The notes: generated by a model from the letters alone, not told the origin. DNA of 64,000 nucleotides from Clostridia bacterium (GCA_017429165.1 JAFRPL010000014.1:130113-194112), one strand, 5' to 3'. Shown: positions 26,420 through 35,980, numbered from the stretch's first letter. Program-made: numbers and translations.

Positions 26420-27099
26420 TAGTACTCAAAAACGCCAAAGCGCGCACGGCGATACGCTTTATAGTGCCGCTGGCGCTGTTTCCCGCCGTGGCGGCGGCTT
26501 CGGCGATCGCGGGGGGCAGAGCGTACGTGGCGGGCGCCTCGGTCTGCGCGCTGCTCGCGGTGCTGGTGTTCCTTGCGGGATTCGAGCAGAAAAAGATCGG
26601 TTCGCGGCGGCTGATAATAACGACCGTGTTCGTGGCGCTTTCGGTGGCGGGAAGGTTCCTGCCGCTGTTCAAGCCCGTGACCGCGCTTACTATGATCGCC
26701 GGTATCTATCTGGGGCGCGAATCCGGCTTTGCCGCCGGAGCTTTTTCGGCGCTTATTTCGGATTTCTATTTCGGGTTCGGGCCGTGGACTCCGTTCCAGA
26801 TGCTGACCTGGGGACTTATCGGCTATATCGCCGGCGCGCTCGGCGAAAAGCTCAAGAACTCAACGCCTCGCCAGATAGTGTTCGGCGTGATATCGGGGCT
26901 TATGTTTTCGGCGCTTATGGACGTGTGGGCGACGCTGGATTTCACGGGCGGTTTCACGGCGCAGACCTACCTTGCGGCGCTGGTCAATTCCCTGCCGTTC
27001 ACCGCACTCTACGCCGTTTCGAACGCCGTATTCATACTGCTCATGTCACGCCCGTTCGGCGAAAAGCTCACGCGCATAAAGATAAAATACGGGATATGA
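26416..27099 (+). CDS. ECF transporter substrate-specific (S) component; the riboswitch context predicts a cobalamin-related substrate
   Basis: ATGA overlap with the ATPase gene. About 6 TM segments in 227 aa. The position in a T-A-S operon supports the call. Confidence 0.65.
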   Translation: MIVLKNAKARTAIRFIVPLALFPAVAAASAIAGGRAYVAGASVCALLAVLVFLAGFEQKKIGSRRLIITTVFVALSVAGRFLPLFKPVTALTMIAGIYLGRESGFAAGAFSALISDFYFGFGPWTPFQMLTWGLIGYIAGALGEKLKNSTPRQIVFGVISGLMFSALMDVWATLDFTGGFTAQTYLAALVNSLPFTALYAVSNAVFILLMSRPFGEKLTRIKIKYGI

Positions 27100-27101
27100 A
27101 A

Positions 27102-27136
27102 AACGCTTTTCCAAAACGGAAAAGCGTTATTTTTTT
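27102..27136. terminator. Bidirectional terminator
   Basis: Stem aacgcttttcc / ggaaaagcgtt, then TTATTTTTTT. Confidence 0.85.
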
Positions 27137-27142
27137 GCGTTT

Positions 27143-27775
27143 TCAGTAAATGAACATATGCTTTCTTTTGCGGTAGTAGATGTAATTGAGCAGAATGTAT
27201 ACGGCTAAAATGATAAACGCGAACACCGGGCTCGAAAACCTTACCTGCACGCCTTCGCCGCCGCTGCTTGTCACATAGTAACTGACCTCAGTGCTGAACA
27301 AAGGCAGCCGGAGAATTATCACTTCGAGTAACTGGTATATCACGCTGCACGAAGTTGCGGCGACGAGAAACCAAATATAGAACCGCGGCGCGCCTTTTTT
27401 CATTTTGAGCAGACAGTAAAGCGCAAAACCGCCGAGCACGGCGCAGCCGAGCAGCGATATACCGTATATAAGATTGATCGCTTTGACGCCGGGATATTCG
27501 GAATAATAAGCCACGGTGTCGGGATCCGTGCTGAGCGCCGTTATTATAACGGTCAGGAACGCTGCTATAATCAAAAAGAGTATTTCGACCCACAGCGCGA
27601 AAAGCGTAAGGAACTTATGCCATTTCATGGGCAGCGCGGGGCCTTTCGCCACGGCGGTCTGCGGCTCTTCCTGCACGGGGGTCTCGGGCTCCGGCTGTTT
27701 TTTAACGGAAACGCTGCACACGGGGCAGATGAGCGAGTTATCGGGGATCTTTTCCCCGCAGTTCGGGCAGATCAT
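27143..27775 (-). CDS. Zinc-ribbon domain membrane protein
   Basis: N-terminus MICPNCGEKIPDNSLICPVCS, followed by 4-5 TM segments. Confidence 0.7.
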   Translation of the reverse strand: MICPNCGEKIPDNSLICPVCSVSVKKQPEPETPVQEEPQTAVAKGPALPMKWHKFLTLFALWVEILFLIIAAFLTVIITALSTDPDTVAYYSEYPGVKAINLIYGISLLGCAVLGGFALYCLLKMKKGAPRFYIWFLVAATSCSVIYQLLEVIILRLPLFSTEVSYYVTSSGGEGVQVRFSSPVFAFIILAVYILLNYIYYRKRKHMFIY

Positions 27776-27889
27776 TTTTTACCTCCTTACTTCTTTTCCA
27801 AAGACTGCGCGCGGCGCGCGGAAACGTTCTTTGAACCCATTATATATATTGTCAAGGGGCAATCCGTTCTTTTTTTGCTTTTTTATTTT

Positions 27890-28930
27890 TCAGTCTTCGC
27901 AGACGTAGCCTTTAAGGAGCTTCAGCGTGTTGAACACGCCGTCCTTGTGCGAACGCTCGTAGCCGTGGCTGGCGTAAACGCCGCTGCCTATGAGCCCGTG
28001 GCGGATATCGTAGCCCGCGCCCAGCGTGGCTTCGACGTCCGACCCGTAATGCGGGTAAACGTCCACCGCGTAATCGGCGTTTTCGCGTTTGGCGGCCTCT
28101 ATGAGCGCGCCCACAGTGAGATAGCTGTAGGGCCCTCCGGAATCCTTTGCGCACACGGAGACCTGCTTTTCGGTGCACTGCAGCCCTTCGCCCACGCAGC
28201 CCATATCCACGCTTACGGATTCGGTGACTCCTTCGGGCACCGAAGCGGCGCCGCCGTGGCCGACTTCCTCGTAAACGGTAATATGTATGTAAACGTGGCG
28301 GTTGAGCGCCGCATATTTATCACGCACGTACTTGGCGAACGCGAGAAGTATGCCTACCGAAAGTTTGTCGTCCAAAAAGCGGCTCTTTATATAACCGGAA
28401 TCGGTGACGCGCGTGCGCGGATCGAAGCAGACGATATCGCCCACCTCTACGCCCAGAGCGCGCGTATCCTCGGCGGACTTGACGTCTTCGTCGAGCACGA
28501 TCTCGGTGGTGTCGAAGCTGCGCTTAGTATCGCCGTATTCGCCGTTGACGTGCACCGACGCGTTGCAGAGCTGCAGCGTGCCTTCTATGACCTTGCCGCC
28601 GCGCGTGTGAACGCGCACGTTTTCGGTCTCGCCGTTTTCGGCGCGCATCCCGCCCAGCGCGGTGAGCCGCAGACGGCCGTTGGCTTTGATCTCGGCGACC
28701 ATGGCGCCCAGAGTATCGGTGTGCGCCTGCAAAAGCAGGCCCTCGCCTTCGCCGCCCAGGTCGACGAAAACGCCGCCTTTTTCGGTGATATAGCTGTGGC
28801 ATCCCAGCGATTCGAATTCGGCGTTGACGTACGCCGCCGCCCTGTCGGTGAAACCGGTGGGGCTGTCTATTGCAAGCAGCTCGCACGCTTTCTTGACCGC
28901 GTATTCCGCGTAATAGTATTCCATTTCCAT
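27890..28930 (-). CDS. M42 family metallopeptidase (glutamyl aminopeptidase/endoglucanase-like)
   Basis: Motifs LLLQAHTDTLGAMV, FLDDKLSVG and EEVGHGGA. ATG at 28930 lies 1 nt after the upstream stop, and a GAGGG RBS is present. Confidence 0.8.
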   Translation of the reverse strand: MEMEYYYAEYAVKKACELLAIDSPTGFTDRAAAYVNAEFESLGCHSYITEKGGVFVDLGGEGEGLLLQAHTDTLGAMVAEIKANGRLRLTALGGMRAENGETENVRVHTRGGKVIEGTLQLCNASVHVNGEYGDTKRSFDTTEIVLDEDVKSAEDTRALGVEVGDIVCFDPRTRVTDSGYIKSRFLDDKLSVGILLAFAKYVRDKYAALNRHVYIHITVYEEVGHGGAASVPEGVTESVSVDMGCVGEGLQCTEKQVSVCAKDSGGPYSYLTVGALIEAAKRENADYAVDVYPHYGSDVEATLGAGYDIRHGLIGSGVYASHGYERSHKDGVFNTLKLLKGYVCED

Positions 28931-28931
28931 A

Positions 28932-29252
28932 TCATTTGCCCTCACTTTGCCCTGTTTTTTCATCGGTCTTTCTTTTGCGCCTCGAAATCGCGTTAAACGT
29001 TATGCCGGCGGCGATATACAGCGCTCCGGCGCCGAAAAACGCCCAGCCGAGCGCACTGCGCGCACCTTGGGAAAACAATATGACGATCCCGGCAAAAAGC
29101 ATGCAGTAAAATATCAGCGTTATAACGGCAAAAACGTTTCGGACCGTTTTTCTTTGCCTTTCAGTAACGCATCCGAACGCCGAAGCGACCTTGCCGGCAA
29201 ACGTTTCGTAAACGAATTCCAGAACGTCTATCAAAAGATCCACTTTTATCAC
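28932..29252 (-). CDS. Small membrane protein (2 TM), hypothetical
   Basis: Two hydrophobic segments and a basic C-terminus. The stop abuts the M42 start, which suggests translational coupling. Confidence 0.5.
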   Translation of the reverse strand: MIKVDLLIDVLEFVYETFAGKVASAFGCVTERQRKTVRNVFAVITLIFYCMLFAGIVILFSQGARSALGWAFFGAGALYIAAGITFNAISRRKRKTDEKTGQSEGK

Positions 29253-29291
29253 CTTTTTTAATTATACCATAACGCAATTCTATTTGCAATA

Positions 29292-29320
29292 CAAAAAATC
29301 GCGGGAGCGCACGCTCCCGC
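29292..29320 (-). terminator. Rho-independent terminator after dpaB
   Basis: On the minus strand: gcgggag-cgtgcg-ctcccgc followed by gaTTTTTTg. Confidence 0.7.
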
Positions 29321-29335
29321 ATAATACAAACAGAT

Positions 29336-29899
29336 TCACAAAAACAGGGGCTGTATCTGCTCGCCGCGCGCGGCGTATTCCGCGGCGGAAAGGACTTTTG
29401 AAAAATCGCATACGAGCGAATTTGGCTTTTTGACGGGATCGTCCTGCCGCACGGGTACGAAAAACACGTGCTTTTTGTCCATGCAGACGCCGACGTTTTT
29501 TAAGTTTCCGCTGAGCGAATCGTTTGAAGCCAGCGCCAGAAGCACGCTGCCGCCGTTCCTGAGCTGCGCCTTGACCGCCATTGTCACGGGCGTATCGGTT
29601 ACGCCGCACGCTATCTTGGCGCAGGTGTTGCCGGTGCAGGGACAGACGGCGACGCAATCGAATCCGCCGCCGGTGACGGTCTGTTCCGCGCCGGTGATAT
29701 CGCAGATAACGTCCCTGCCGCAGATAGAGCGCACCCGTTCTTCAAACGCTCCTGCGTCGCCGAACCGCGTGGAGAGGTTTTTTACGTTATACGAAAGCAC
29801 CGGCCACAGATCGTGCCCGCTTTCCGCCGCTTCGCGCAATACTTCCAAAGCGCGGGCATGGTTGCAGAACGATCCGGTCAATGCAAAACAAAGCTTCAT
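29336..29899 (-). CDS. dpaB: Dipicolinate synthase subunit B
   Basis: N-terminus MKLCFALTGSFCNH has a flavoprotein-like fold motif, and CPCTGNTCAKIA is present. 187 aa. It overlaps dpaA by 4 nt. Confidence 0.85.
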   Translation of the reverse strand: MKLCFALTGSFCNHARALEVLREAAESGHDLWPVLSYNVKNLSTRFGDAGAFEERVRSICGRDVICDITGAEQTVTGGGFDCVAVCPCTGNTCAKIACGVTDTPVTMAVKAQLRNGGSVLLALASNDSLSGNLKNVGVCMDKKHVFFVPVRQDDPVKKPNSLVCDFSKVLSAAEYAARGEQIQPLFL

Positions 29900-30783
29900 A
29901 ATACGCCTTCCTCCTTCAATATGGCGCAGATCGCGCTTTTGATGATCCTGCCCGCCGTAACGGGCGCGCATTTTCCGGGCAGCGCCGGCGCGGGGATGAT
30001 GTTCACGCCCGCGCGTTCGGCTTCCGCCTTGTCGGCGCATCCGGGGGCCGAGGCGAGCTCTATGAGCGGCGCGGAACGCTTTACGGACGCGAGCTCTTTT
30101 TGCGTGAGTATGCGCTCGGGCACGGTGTTGAAAACGCAGTCGGCGCCTTCGAGCGCGGCGCAAAGTTCGCGTATGTCGGCGCTTTCCATCCCCAGCGAAT
30201 CCGCAAGCGCAAGATCCGATCTGCTGCGCGCGCACACGCACACCTTGGCGCCCAGAGCGCGCAATCTTAACGCCAGCGCCTTGCCCACTCTGCCGAACCC
30301 CAGCACCGCGGTACGCGCGCCGTGCAGAGTGATATCCAGTTCGCGCATGGCGATCGCAATGGCGCCTTCTGCGGTGGGGACGGCGTTCATGATCCTGAGC
30401 TCTTCGCGTCCGAAATAATCAAAAGTCTTTTTATGCACCTCGTTTATGCGTATGTCGGTCCTGCCGCCAAGCAGCAGCTGATCTTCATTAAGCAGCGAAA
30501 GCACCGATACAAGGTAAACGTCTTTTTCGGCGTACGGCGCGAAAACGCGAAGGCCGTCTTTACTTGCCGGAAGCGGAAGCACTACCGCGCACGCTCCGCT
30601 GACGGCGTCTTCGGGAGTCTGCGCGCGGGTGAAATTTTCGGAATCCGTCTTGTATTTTTCAAAGCCGTACACCGCGCATTCGGCGTTTTCTTCGGCGGCG
30701 AGAGCCCCCGCCGCCGCAAGCATGCGAGAATCGCCGCCTATGAACGCTATTTTACTGCTTATGCCGCTGTTTTCGCTTTTCAT
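29896..30783 (-). CDS. dpaA: Dipicolinate synthase subunit A
   Basis: Rossmann motif VLGFGRVGKAL. 295 aa. The pairing with dpaB supports the call. ATGA overlap with the upstream gene. Confidence 0.8.
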   Translation of the reverse strand: MKSENSGISSKIAFIGGDSRMLAAAGALAAEENAECAVYGFEKYKTDSENFTRAQTPEDAVSGACAVVLPLPASKDGLRVFAPYAEKDVYLVSVLSLLNEDQLLLGGRTDIRINEVHKKTFDYFGREELRIMNAVPTAEGAIAIAMRELDITLHGARTAVLGFGRVGKALALRLRALGAKVCVCARSRSDLALADSLGMESADIRELCAALEGADCVFNTVPERILTQKELASVKRSAPLIELASAPGCADKAEAERAGVNIIPAPALPGKCAPVTAGRIIKSAICAILKEEGVL

Positions 30784-32294
30784 TTGACCGCCACGAACGC
30801 CGCGCCGGGCGCAAGTCCGCCTTCCGGTGTGAACGCGCCGGGGTTTTCGGCGACGAGTTTTTCGGGATCCACGCGGCAGCATTTGGCGATACTCCACGCG
30901 GTCTCGCCTTCTTCGGGATAATAGAACCGTATTCCGCACGGCGGCTTCGGCAAGGGTTCGGAAACGTTCGCCGAAACGAGCGCCGAGGTCTCTTCGGCGC
31001 GGTAAAGTTCGGCGCACAGGCACGCGGAGACTTCGAGTGAAAGGACGCCGCCGCCTTTTACGTCGTACACGGCTTCCAGCGGAAAGACGCGCACGCGCAT
31101 CACTCCGCAGCCGTCTTCGCACACGGCGCTTTCTTCGAATTCACCGCCGAAACTGCCGCCGGTCATGCCGGAATCGGTATCGGTGAGATAATCGGCGGTG
31201 AAAACGCCTTTGACGACCAGCCTGCCTTCGGCGCATTCGGCGGAGTTTACCGAAAACGACACCGTGATATCGCTCACACCGCGGATATCGGTCTTTTCGG
31301 TGTCGAATTCCTTTTGAACACGGAATTCTTTTTTTATCTCATCCGCTCTGTCGCGGTAGGCGACACGCTTCGATTCCGTTTCGCAGACCGCCGCGGCGCT
31401 GAACGCGTCCGTCGCCACGGTTTCGCGGGTCTTTTCAAAGCACACTGCGTTGACGCGCACGGAATAATCGAACTTTATCACGCGCATCTCGCCGTATTCG
31501 TCGCTTTCGGCGGACGAAACGCACGAAGGGACGCAGGCGTCGACCGAAAACGTGCTTTCGGGAGTGATATCGGGATCTTCGGCGGTGAGCACGGACACGG
31601 CGGAAAACGGCACCGTGATGAACGAGCCGTCTTCGGTCTCGCAGAACGCTTTCAAAAACACCGGCACGCGCACGGTGAGCCGCCCTTCGCCGGATTCCCA
31701 TTCGGGAGAAGAAACGTGATAATCGGTGAACAGCACCGCTTCGACTCCCGCCGGGCTGACCGCGCTGCCGGTCTCTCTGCGCTCTTCGGTAAACAGTCGG
31801 CACGGCAGCGAGTAAACGCGTTCTTCGGTCCTTAAGAACACGCCGTCTTCGCCGGACGCGGGGATATCGATCGCCGGCTGTTCTTTTACCGAAACGACCG
31901 AGACCGAAGTTTCCATGGCCGCGCGTATGACGTAGCGCCGCGCGCCGAGCAGCTTGCAGGTGAGGTAAGTGCAGCGGATATCGGCGAGCGCGTAGTATTC
32001 GCCCGCGGGCGAAACGATATCGGTGGATTGAGTGAAATCCGCTTCCGTCTGCGCGTACGCCGGCCTGCCGCGGAGATCGCTTTCGTAAAGAATGCCGAAG
32101 ACCACCCTGCTCTTTACGCACAGTTTACCGTTTTCGTTTTCGACTTCGGGCTCGGACGCGTGCGCGTCTATGCGTATGAGCCGCGAAATATCGGGCTGAT
32201 CTTCGCTTAAAGCGCCGTCGAGTTCAAGATCTTTGCGGTAGACCGTGCCGGGCGTGATCTCCGGCAAAAAAATGTTCTTCTTTTCAAGTTCCAT
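30780..32294 (-). CDS. DUF3794/SPOCS-like repeat protein with a C-terminal LysM domain (probably sporulation-associated)
   Basis: C-terminal LysM-like segment FYYPEEGETAWSIAKCCRVDPEKLVAENPG...APGAAFV. It lies in an operon with dpaAB. Start chosen at MELEKK (GGAGAA RBS); the ORF is open to 32333. Confidence 0.5.
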   Translation of the reverse strand: MELEKKNIFLPEITPGTVYRKDLELDGALSEDQPDISRLIRIDAHASEPEVENENGKLCVKSRVVFGILYESDLRGRPAYAQTEADFTQSTDIVSPAGEYYALADIRCTYLTCKLLGARRYVIRAAMETSVSVVSVKEQPAIDIPASGEDGVFLRTEERVYSLPCRLFTEERRETGSAVSPAGVEAVLFTDYHVSSPEWESGEGRLTVRVPVFLKAFCETEDGSFITVPFSAVSVLTAEDPDITPESTFSVDACVPSCVSSAESDEYGEMRVIKFDYSVRVNAVCFEKTRETVATDAFSAAAVCETESKRVAYRDRADEIKKEFRVQKEFDTEKTDIRGVSDITVSFSVNSAECAEGRLVVKGVFTADYLTDTDSGMTGGSFGGEFEESAVCEDGCGVMRVRVFPLEAVYDVKGGGVLSLEVSACLCAELYRAEETSALVSANVSEPLPKPPCGIRFYYPEEGETAWSIAKCCRVDPEKLVAENPGAFTPEGGLAPGAAFVAVK

Positions 32295-32356
32295 ATCTCG
32301 ATTCTCCATTCCGTTTGAAAATAGTTCATTCAAACGTTATGAAGCGAGAGACGGAT

Positions 32357-33652
32357 TTATGATTGTTCGCCTTTTATATACGGCTCTATCCCCGCCGCTT
32401 CGGCGGCCGAATACGGGTTGGGCTCGCCCGTGAGCGGATCTATGAAATACGAAAGGCAGAAAAAGCACCAGCCGTCGGCTTTGCCCCATTCGGCGAGATA
32501 CCGCATACAGCGCGCCAGCACGTCCTTGTGCTCGATCCATTCGCGTTTTCCCTCCGGCGTGGACGCCCATTTGTCTTCTTCGTCCTTGCTCCCGGCGACC
32601 GCCTTGCCCAGCGACATACCTATATACAGCTTAACGCCGGGGTCCTTTACTATGGTCGCCCATTTTGCCGCTTCCGCGTCGAACGGGCACACTCCGTGTT
32701 CCAGCCCGAAATACAGCTGCGGCAATATGTAATCCAGATACCCGCGCCGCGAACACCACTCGTACACGTCGGCGGAATATTTTTGGACCACCGAACCCAG
32801 GTTCCCCGCGGGAGATACGCCGAACAGAAGACGTTCATCGACATCTTTGGCGACGCGGTACAATCCGCGCACCAGCGCGTTTATGTTGTTTTTTCTGAAC
32901 CGTTCGAGCGATGTTTCGCCGGAGGCGGCAAAAGTGGCTTTGTCGAACCGTTCTTCCTGAGTGGGATAAAAATAATCGTCTATATGCAGTCCGTCGAACG
33001 TATGATCAATGAGCGCCTCTTTCGCGCCGTCGAGCACGAGCGCCAGCGCGTCGCCGCGGGCGGGGTCGAGATACAGACGCCCTTCGAATTCGACGAGCTC
33101 GCCCGCTTCGTACATGCGCCGAACGGCAAAACGCGCGTCGATAAGCTTCACCTCTTCGGGCGTCATAAGGCGCATGGGATTGATCCACGCCTGCACCGAA
33201 AGCGAAAGCGCGTGCGCTTCTTCTAAAAAGATATCCACGGGATCGTATTCGAGTTCCCTGCCGTATCTGCCCGTGACGTAACGCGACGCGGGAAAGAGAT
33301 CGCTTTTGCAGAAGCTGTCGCCGTTGGGGCGTATCTGCAGAAAGACCGTGTTGAACCCCATATCCGAAATATCGCGCACGATCCGCGCCGCGGCGGCGCG
33401 GTATTCTTCCATACTCCGCTGGACGCCGCCTTTTTTGTATACGCTTTCCATATCGAACTGCGATACCCATATTCCTTTGAGATCGGTATAATTCGTCACT
33501 ATTCGTTCCTCCTCTTTTTCCGGCTCGATCACAACGGCGGAAAACTCGCTTTTTGCATCTTCCCCGCCGGAAGGAGCGCCGTGTTTTTCCCCGGCGCAGC
33601 CGCAAAGCAGCGCCAAAATCATAAAAGCCGCCCTTAAAACCGTTTTTTTCAC
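32357..33652 (-). CDS. Lipoprotein, glycoside-hydrolase-like family 10 (GHL10/YngK-like)
   Basis: Lipobox LLCGC. The motifs KGIWVSQFDM...GFNTVFLQIRPNGDS...VQAWINPMR match my memory of the GHL10 TIM-barrel family. Confidence 0.65.
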   Translation of the reverse strand: MKKTVLRAAFMILALLCGCAGEKHGAPSGGEDAKSEFSAVVIEPEKEEERIVTNYTDLKGIWVSQFDMESVYKKGGVQRSMEEYRAAAARIVRDISDMGFNTVFLQIRPNGDSFCKSDLFPASRYVTGRYGRELEYDPVDIFLEEAHALSLSVQAWINPMRLMTPEEVKLIDARFAVRRMYEAGELVEFEGRLYLDPARGDALALVLDGAKEALIDHTFDGLHIDDYFYPTQEERFDKATFAASGETSLERFRKNNINALVRGLYRVAKDVDERLLFGVSPAGNLGSVVQKYSADVYEWCSRRGYLDYILPQLYFGLEHGVCPFDAEAAKWATIVKDPGVKLYIGMSLGKAVAGSKDEEDKWASTPEGKREWIEHKDVLARCMRYLAEWGKADGWCFFCLSYFIDPLTGEPNPYSAAEAAGIEPYIKGEQS

Positions 33653-33721
33653 ACTTTACTCCTTTACATCGGCGTTTTGATGTGTTATACTTTATTATAA
33701 ATCAAATCGAGGTGGTTTTCA

Positions 33722-35197
33722 ATGGTAAAAAAAATATGTCTGCTTTTGGCAGTCCTGTTGCTGTTGGCGCCGTTAACTGCTTATGCGGAAAGTGAGGATA
33801 ATATGCAGTTCATCAAAGAAAAGGATTATTACAAAAAAATACTTGAAAAAGAGCTCGAATATTTCTTTGAGCTTTCGCTTCCGTGCGGAGCGGTGGGTAT
33901 GTACCCGCCCGCAGTCAATTCGTATTCCGGTTTTGACCTGCCCGAAATAGACGGGATCAAGCCCGAGGAATACACCCGCTGGCCTTCTTCGCGCATAATT
34001 TCGTATTTTTCCGACACCTCGGTGCTGGGAGCTATCCGCGCGGACGCCGCGCTGGGGACCGAAGTCGCCAAAGAAAAAGTGCTCGCCTACCTTGAATGGT
34101 ATATGCGCCATATGAACACCAAGGAAAGCGACCTTTCGGGCGTGGCGGGGACCGTTTATGACTACCAGATCTTTACGTCGCCGGACGGCAGGACCGTGGA
34201 GCTCACCGAGCATGATATGTACGAATCGCAGTACCCCAACGGCGGCAATCCCCACGATTATGATTCCACCGATTCCTACGCCGCCATGTTCATACAGTTG
34301 CTGTACGAATACGCCAAAACTTACGACAAAGACTATCTGACCGATAAAAAAGACACCGTGCAGACGCTGGTGGACGTGCTGATGTCGACCTATATAGAAA
34401 AGCTCGACCTCACCATAGCAAAGCCCACCTACCCCGCCTGCTATCTTATGGATAACTGCGAAGTGTACTGCGGTTTCGTTTCGGCAAAGGATATCTTCAC
34501 CGAATTCCTGCCCGATTCCGAAAAAGCGGCGTTCTGCGCCGAAAAAGCCGAAAAAGTAAAGAACGCCATAAACAAACGTATGTGGATAGAAAAAGACAAG
34601 TGCTTCACCGCCGCCGTCTCGGACAGAGGCGTTTCGATGTATACCATCGACCTCAAGGAGTTTTATCCGCAGGCGAGCTGCCAGCTGTTCCCGCTCATCT
34701 TCGGGCTGATGGATCCCGCCGACGAGCGCGCGGCTGTAATAATGGACCGCTTTAAGAAAGATTTCGGCACTTCGTGGATGACTTTCGGGGTAGGCACGTA
34801 TCCGTGGTGCCTGCTGGTGCGCGGCGTGCTCGCGTACGGGGATTACGAATTCGCCGGCAAATACATAGACGCCGTAAACCGCCGATTTATCAAGCGCACC
34901 CACAGCGCGCCGTATTATAATTCCGAATCCGGCTCCATAATGATCGCCGCCGCCGAGCTTTACGCGCTGGCGCCGGAAGAAGAGCCTGCAAGCGAGCCCG
35001 AAGACGAAAGCTGCGCCGAGCCGGTCACCGAGCCGGTGACGGAAGAAGTATCCGCGCCCGAAAGCGAACCCGTAAGCGAACCCGAAGCCGGTGAAAGCGC
35101 GGGCAAGCTGCCGCTCATTATCGCCGGCATAGGCGCCGCAGCGGTCGCCGCCGCTGTGATATCGATACTCTTCTTTAAAAAGAGAAGCAAAAAATAA
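33722..35197 (+). CDS. Hypothetical exported protein with an acidic PE-rich linker and a C-terminal TM anchor
   Basis: Signal peptide ...APLTAYA. Mostly helical ectodomain. The C-terminus is EPVTEPVTEEVSAPESEPVSEPE followed by a TM and KKRSKK. Confidence 0.6.
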   Translation: MVKKICLLLAVLLLLAPLTAYAESEDNMQFIKEKDYYKKILEKELEYFFELSLPCGAVGMYPPAVNSYSGFDLPEIDGIKPEEYTRWPSSRIISYFSDTSVLGAIRADAALGTEVAKEKVLAYLEWYMRHMNTKESDLSGVAGTVYDYQIFTSPDGRTVELTEHDMYESQYPNGGNPHDYDSTDSYAAMFIQLLYEYAKTYDKDYLTDKKDTVQTLVDVLMSTYIEKLDLTIAKPTYPACYLMDNCEVYCGFVSAKDIFTEFLPDSEKAAFCAEKAEKVKNAINKRMWIEKDKCFTAAVSDRGVSMYTIDLKEFYPQASCQLFPLIFGLMDPADERAAVIMDRFKKDFGTSWMTFGVGTYPWCLLVRGVLAYGDYEFAGKYIDAVNRRFIKRTHSAPYYNSESGSIMIAAAELYALAPEEEPASEPEDESCAEPVTEPVTEEVSAPESEPVSEPEAGESAGKLPLIIAGIGAAAVAAAVISILFFKKRSKK

Positions 35198-35287
35198 ACC
35201 GAAAAAACGCTCAAAACGCCAAAAAAGCACTTGCAAAACCGTTTTTGATGTGATATAATGACTCCTGCCCGCGAAAAACGGGCGAAC

Positions 35288-35362
35288 GCTGGTGTAGCAC
35301 AGGGGTAGTGCAGCTGATTCGTAATCAGCAGGTCGTGAGTCCGAATCTCACCACCAGCTCCA
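35288..35362 (+). tRNA. tRNA-Thr (anticodon CGT)
   Basis: Cloverleaf folded by hand: acceptor gctggtg/caccagc, D arm gcac-aggggta-gtgc, anticodon arm gctga-ttCGTaa-tcagc, T arm gtgag-tccgaat-ctcac, discriminator t, encoded CCA. Confidence 0.9.
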
Positions 35363-35364
35363 GC

Positions 35365-35390
35365 AAAAAGCCCGCGGAAGCGGGCTTTTT
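35365..35390 (+). terminator. Rho-independent terminator after the tRNA
   Basis: Stem aaaaagcccgc / gcgggcttttt, loop ggaa. Confidence 0.85.
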
Positions 35391-35475
35391 GCAACTAAGT
35401 GTTCCGCTTGCGCGGAACGTAAAGCGAGGCTGCGCTCAGTGAAGCGCGCTCCGCGCGTGAAGCGTGCATTCGGCA

Positions 35476-35499
35476 CGATATCCGGAACGATATCCGGAA
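35476..35499. repeat. 12-nt tandem duplication (cgatatccggaa x2)
   Basis: Read directly. A nearby hairpin gttccgc-TTGC-gcggaac lies at 35401-35418. Confidence 0.85.
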
Positions 35500-35591
35500 C
35501 GCATTGTTTTACTTTATCCCACGGGATATTGACATTTCCTTTGCCTTATGCTAAAATAATATCACCACAAATAAATATGGAGGAAAACAAC

Positions 35592-35933
35592 ATGAAAAAA
35601 GTCATTGCGTTCACACTCGTTGCAGTCATGGCGCTTGCGATGCTCGTTTCCTGCGGCGGAAGCAAAAACGATATCTTAGGCAAATGGAAGGGCGAGGAAG
35701 CCGGCGTTGAAGCCGTTTACGAATTCAAGAACGACGGAACCGTTGAGATCACCGCCATGGGCTTTACGATGACCGGCACTTACAAAGTGGAAGGCGATAC
35801 GCTCACCATGGGCATTGAAATGATGGGAGTAAACGACGAAAGCACCGCCAAGTTCAAGATCGAAGGCGACGCCCTTACCATATACGAAGACGGCGGCGAC
35901 GAAACCATCACCATGACCCGCGTAAAAGAATAA
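35592..35933 (+). CDS. Small lipoprotein, lipocalin-like beta-barrel candidate
   Basis: GGAGGA lies 8 nt upstream of the ATG at 35592. Lipobox MLVSC|GG. The segment ILGKWKGEE...TGTYKVEGDTLTM resembles lipocalin-like small lipoproteins. Confidence 0.65.
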   Translation: MKKVIAFTLVAVMALAMLVSCGGSKNDILGKWKGEEAGVEAVYEFKNDGTVEITAMGFTMTGTYKVEGDTLTMGIEMMGVNDESTAKFKIEGDALTIYEDGGDETITMTRVKE

Positions 35934-35951
35934 TCCGAGTTACGTCCCCGA

Positions 35952-35980
35952 AAAGACCGCGCACGCGGTCTTTTTGTTTT
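35952..35980 (+). terminator. Rho-independent terminator
   Basis: Stem gaccgc / gcggtc with flanking A/T pairs, then TTTTTGTTTT. Confidence 0.75.

Noticed and set aside
34960-35394. A 144-aa ORF on the minus strand spanning the tRNA-Thr.
   Set aside because: It overlaps a well-folding tRNA and the 3' end of a real gene, and it has no RBS. It is spurious.
35439-35591. An N-terminal extension of the lipoprotein ORF (MKRAPRVKRAF...).
   Set aside because: The extension runs through the GC-rich repeat region and has no RBS. The ATG at 35592 has GGAGGA 8 nt upstream and starts a canonical lipoprotein signal peptide.
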